Program-made: the position numbers and the translations under genes
The notes under the pieces: model-generated
The model's input: the letters and a program-made list of their open reading frames with translations, nothing else
What the model was told of the DNA's origin: nothing
Databases searched by the model: none
Shown here: positions 61,301-64,000 of the stretch, in pieces
How the letters are laid out: each line of letters begins with the position of its first letter
How positions within the stretch are numbered: the stretch's first letter is position 1
Assembly: GCA_041946735.1 (NCBI GenBank)
Contig: JBHGAY010000006.1
Span: forward strand, 64,001-128,000
From: Candidatus Eiseniibacteriota bacterium
Lineage (GTDB): Bacteria; Eisenbacteria; RBG-16-71-46; CAIMUX01; VGJL01
Direction of reading: 5' to 3'
Length of the DNA: 64,000 bases

Positions 61301-62009
61301 CGGGTTCGTCTCCCAGCTGATCGTCTCGCGCCTGTCACGTCACCTCGTCTCGTTCGATCGCTCGCGCTGGGGCGGCGTGTCGACCTATCCGTGGCGCGTG
61401 CTGAACGGGCCGTTCGTCGTGCTGACGAACCAGTTCGCCGGCTCCGACGGCGACATCTTCCCGGCGGCCGTGCAGATCCAGAAGCTCGCGCCGGTGATCG
61501 GCATGCGCTCGTGGGGCGGCGTGATCGGGATTCGGGGCGGGCGGGCGTTCGTCGATCAGGGGATGCTGACGCAGCCGGAGTTCGCGTGGTTCGATCCGCA
61601 GAAGGGATGGTCGATCGAGAACCATGGCGTCGATCCGGACATCGTGGTGGAGAATCTGCCGCAGGAGCTCGCGCGCGGCGTCGACGCGCAGCTCGACCGC
61701 GGCATCGCGGAGGTGCTGCGGCTTCGCGACGAGCGGCCGCCGATCCGGCCGCAGTTCGGGCCCGCTCCGGATCAGAGCCGGACCGCCTACCGGCACGAGC
61801 TGAACGAGCAGGCGCCGGTGCAGAGGTCGGAGGCGGTCGGAGGGGGAAGCGGCGATGCTCCTGCGTCGGGCGATGCTCGCCCGGCAGGCGGCGTGGAGGG
61901 AGGGAGCGATGGATCGCAAGGAGATGAATCGCAAGGAGAGCATCCGGCAGTACAAGGAAACGGCCCGGCCAGCGGGAATCTTCCGAATTCGCAACACGGC
62001 AAGCGGTAG
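58395..62009 (+). CDS. Tricorn protease homologue (S41)
   Basis: Signal peptide, propeller repeats, SHTY His, PDZ, GYVHIPDM, AGSDGD Ser, ENHGVDPDI. Confidence 0.95.
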   Translation: MKRHRTPSAAPAGAPHIAAASRIATALCIAAALCVAVAASAAARPGYLRYPDIRGETVVFTAEGDLWIAPVAGGEARRLTSHPGNEVLAKFSPDGKWIAFAGDYDGNRDLFVVPATGGEPVRLTWHPAADEPMGWSADGTQIYFRSYRQQPNLGWFAYAIPAKGGDPVPLDIGWMVNLAVDPATGAYAFTRNGGGGTWKRYRGGTADDIWVGDPSRADFRAVTSFPGMDAFPMWSGGRIYFLSDQGGTANVWSMNPDGSGRKQWTDLRDWDARWPSIDPGSGRIVFVVAGDLHLLDPAKGTESAIAIDLPSERSLTRTRYPEAERYITGFALAPDGERVAIQTRGEIFSVPAEDGVTLPITRGSGAREDRVNFDPKGERVAYVTDQKGEQQIVTADAWGRGSVREVTKPGSSAWHFAPIWSPDGKWLAYADQTHTLFVVDANGGDPRKVDHAEQGEIYDYSWSPDGRWLAYSKPNDLQYRSIFVYDTRDGGTHRITGWTTSDSSPAWDPEGRYLYFLGDRTINPVVDWGVWDFETILTASTRPYAVLLRADVDNPVAETEGMPPDESKKEEASSSKGGEKAKGGEKAKDGAKSKKSDDEGAIEPIAIDFAGIEDRFVELPVEAGRYVALTATGEKLFFLSLPLRGLLDEGQDQEEGGVAGDLLAYDLEKKEAKPFVKGVRSYDLQPKSGKMAVLKGRSELFVLDANSPPGDDLSENQVALGGMVVELDPLEEWRQIYYEGWRYMRDFYWDAGMHGVDWEAVRDHYATLLPRLATRDDLGDLLAEMIGELSTSHTYIWGGDRGVTSPQWPAGLLGADLVREGSAFRVERIYRGDPADRVRSPLSEPEANVKEGEYVLAVNHQPFREGVPFEATMQNLAGKPVVLTVNTKPAMEGARDVVVKPAAFGPEAELRYKDWVRRNREYVAEKTGGRIGYVHIPDMGGRGLKEFDTWFYPQLDKEGMVIDNRWNGGGFVSQLIVSRLSRHLVSFDRSRWGGVSTYPWRVLNGPFVVLTNQFAGSDGDIFPAAVQIQKLAPVIGMRSWGGVIGIRGGRAFVDQGMLTQPEFAWFDPQKGWSIENHGVDPDIVVENLPQELARGVDAQLDRGIAEVLRLRDERPPIRPQFGPAPDQSRTAYRHELNEQAPVQRSEAVGGGSGDAPASGDARPAGGVEGGSDGSQGDESQGEHPAVQGNGPASGNLPNSQHGKR

Positions 62010-62286
62010 ATCGCTGGTCGGATCGAGCCCGAACCTGCCGGCGATCCTGAATCGCCAGCGCTTCCAGCTCGAGAACGGCTCGCATCCCGACAAGGAGCTT
62101 CAGGCGGACTATTCGGCGCTCGGCGCCGGCTCCTTCGAGTTCGAGGAGCTGGACCGGCTCGCGGTTCCCGAGGACCAGCCGGATTACGATCCGACGGAGG
62201 ACCTGCGAGTCCTGAAGGATCTGTGGCTCGAGCGATTGACGGACGCCGGGGTCGATCTCTATCCGCAGTCGCGGTGGCGCGCATAG
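61909..62286 (+). CDS. GIY-YIG family protein
   Basis: GIFRIRN..GRSLVGSS, NRQRFQL..GSH...LQAD, FEFEELD. Confidence 0.8.
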   Translation: MDRKEMNRKESIRQYKETARPAGIFRIRNTASGRSLVGSSPNLPAILNRQRFQLENGSHPDKELQADYSALGAGSFEFEELDRLAVPEDQPDYDPTEDLRVLKDLWLERLTDAGVDLYPQSRWRA

Positions 62287-62329
62287 AGACCGGCGCGAGG
62301 CGAGGCGAGGCGAGGAAGGACGGCGATCC

Positions 62330-63328
62330 TCAGTCCATCGCGCCGGCGAGCCAGCGCAGCTCGTTCAGGGCGAACTGCTGGTTGTCGATGCCGGCCTGGT
62401 TCATCCCGAATTTGAAGGGCTCTCTCCCCGGGGCGAGGATCACCTGTGCGGACAACATCGCCGCCTCCCCCTGGATGACCACGCGGCCCTTGCCGGCGCG
62501 TAGCGCGACCGCCATCGAGCGGCCCCTCGCCGGCTGGGCCATCGCCATCATCGCCTTGGGGTCCTCGCGCGCCTGCAACGCGGCTAGCGGCAGGTCGAAC
62601 GCGTCGTTGGAGAGGAGCAGGAACGGAGTGGATCCGGCGGGACCGAGAAGCGACTGCCCGGTGAAGGCGATGACGCGGCCGACCCGCTCCTTCTCGTTCC
62701 GTCCCTCGAGGATCGGGTGGTCGCCGAGCGAGCCGCGCTCCCGAGTGAACGCGATGTTCGTGACGCTGCCCTCGGCCTGCAGGCTGTCGCCCGTGTAGCC
62801 CTTGCTCATCTGCACGCCGAAGCGCTCGCCGAGCGCGGCGGCCGCCGAGCCGAACGGCGCGTGGTCGGCGATCAGCAGGAGCGCCCCCCCGTCCTTCACC
62901 CACCGGTAGACGGCCTCGATCTCGTCCGGCTGGAATGCGGGGAGGGCGGCGGCGGAATCGCCGCCGGAATCCCAATCTCCGCCCAAGGCGTTCGCGATCA
63001 CGAGGACGTCGCTCCCTTTCAGCGTCTCGGCGCGGAACGGCTCCCGGTTGGGCGCCACTTCGAATCCGTCCGCCCGCATGAGCTCCCCGAACGCGGCGTA
63101 GCGGCCGTCGAGGGTGTGGAAGTTGTGATGAGCTTCGTCGAAGAGGATCTTCGGGTGGCGGGTCGTGAAGGCGGGATCGCCGACGACCGGGTGGAACGTC
63201 GAGTCGGCCCTCTGCTTGACCTGCGCGGCTGCGGGCGGCGCGGCGAGCACGGCGCCGGCGAGCGCGAGCCACGGAAGCACGACGAGGATGCTGCGGCAGC
63301 GGCGGGATCGAGCGACTCGAGCGATCAT
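62330..63328 (-). CDS. Secreted DUF4350/GATase-like protein
   Basis: Signal peptide, FDEAHHNFHT, GGALLLIADH, GRVV, NQQFALN..WL. Confidence 0.75.
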   Translation of the reverse strand: MIARVARSRRCRSILVVLPWLALAGAVLAAPPAAAQVKQRADSTFHPVVGDPAFTTRHPKILFDEAHHNFHTLDGRYAAFGELMRADGFEVAPNREPFRAETLKGSDVLVIANALGGDWDSGGDSAAALPAFQPDEIEAVYRWVKDGGALLLIADHAPFGSAAAALGERFGVQMSKGYTGDSLQAEGSVTNIAFTRERGSLGDHPILEGRNEKERVGRVIAFTGQSLLGPAGSTPFLLLSNDAFDLPLAALQAREDPKAMMAMAQPARGRSMAVALRAGKGRVVIQGEAAMLSAQVILAPGREPFKFGMNQAGIDNQQFALNELRWLAGAMD

Positions 63329-63405
63329 TTCACACCCCCTCTTCCGGACTCCGGCCCTCGGACTCGGGCTCTCCGACTCCGACTTTGCGCCTCCGGGTCC
63401 GGCGG

Positions 63406-63999
63406 TCAGAAGCTGAACGAGAAGCCGGCCTGGATCGCGTCGTACGTGAGCGGCGGCGCCGTGTCGAACGGCCAGTTCATGTCGGACTTCCGCAGCTCGT
63501 AGAGGCCGTAGCCGATCGCGTTCTTCAGGAAGAAGCCGACGATAGGCGCCGCGCCCGGGCTTCCGTTCGCGACCGCGTCGACGAACTCGTCGACGCCGGC
63601 TTGCGCGGCCCGCTCGATCCCGGCCGACCCGAGCCACTTCCAGAACAGGTGCCGCGGGAAGACGATCGACCGCTGATAGGAGACTTCGATCGCGACCTTG
63701 TCGCTGGGGAACGCGGTCACGCCTCCCTCCCAGGACGAGCCGAAGCGATAGGAGCCGTCGAAGGCGCGCAGGCGCACATCGTCCTCTCGAGGAGGGTCGA
63801 GCTCGAAGCGGGTCCATCCGATCCCGGTGCCCGAGTAGGGGACGAGCGCGGAACGTCCCGTGCCCAGGGTGTAGGCGAGCGCGACGCGATCGACGAAGCC
63901 GAACCGCCACATCTTCGACTCGGCCTCGCCGGACTCGGGAGATTCCAGCGCGGCATCGGAGGAGCCGAGGCCGACCCGGACGCCGTCGAAGTTCCACCG
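63406..63999 (-). CDS. Probable outer-membrane beta-barrel protein (5' part outside window)
   Basis: Frame open to the window edge; alternating aromatic strands; ends AGFSFSF. Confidence 0.6.
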   Translation of the reverse strand, partial: RWNFDGVRVGLGSSDAALESPESGEAESKMWRFGFVDRVALAYTLGTGRSALVPYSGTGIGWTRFELDPPREDDVRLRAFDGSYRFGSSWEGGVTAFPSDKVAIEVSYQRSIVFPRHLFWKWLGSAGIERAAQAGVDEFVDAVANGSPGAAPIVGFFLKNAIGYGLYELRKSDMNWPFDTAPPLTYDAIQAGFSFSF

Positions 64000-64000
64000 G

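Overview
High-GC bacterial chromosome segment spanning the replication origin. FlgD-Ig-tailed FG-GAP protein, 'TWGRI' C-terminal motif, FN3/PD40 lipoprotein and a TonB receptor suggest a diderm of the FCB-associated candidate phyla such as Ca. Eisenbacteria (inference only). Gene orientation flips at dnaA. The minus-strand arm is rpmH-rnpA-yidD-yidC-rsmG-(2 parS)-parA-parB-M23-bactofilin; the plus-strand arm is dnaA-dnaN-DUF721-gyrB-gyrA-rex-ileS-TPM-NTase-lemA. Next come a Btu-like ABC importer, sppA, pstSCAB-phoU with an 11-bp-phased PHO-box-like repeat, an MBL hydrolase, an O-methyltransferase and a large FG-GAP protein. These are followed by an apparently acquired NikR/TonB/ECF metal-uptake module next to a broken rve-type transposase, an ECF sigma/kinase-STAND-TPR pair, IDH, tricorn protease and a GIY-YIG protein. 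Most unusual: (1) a non-coding array of 14 degenerate palindromic units with near-strict 43-bp phasing at ~38030-38630; (2) rpmH apparently nested inside rnpA with two tandem SD/start pairs (Thermus-like); (3) an IleRS2 with GVHH/PMHKS signature motifs; (4) an isolated DnaA-box cluster ~7.4 kb from dnaA. Start codons and motif positions were read by eye; no database searches were run.
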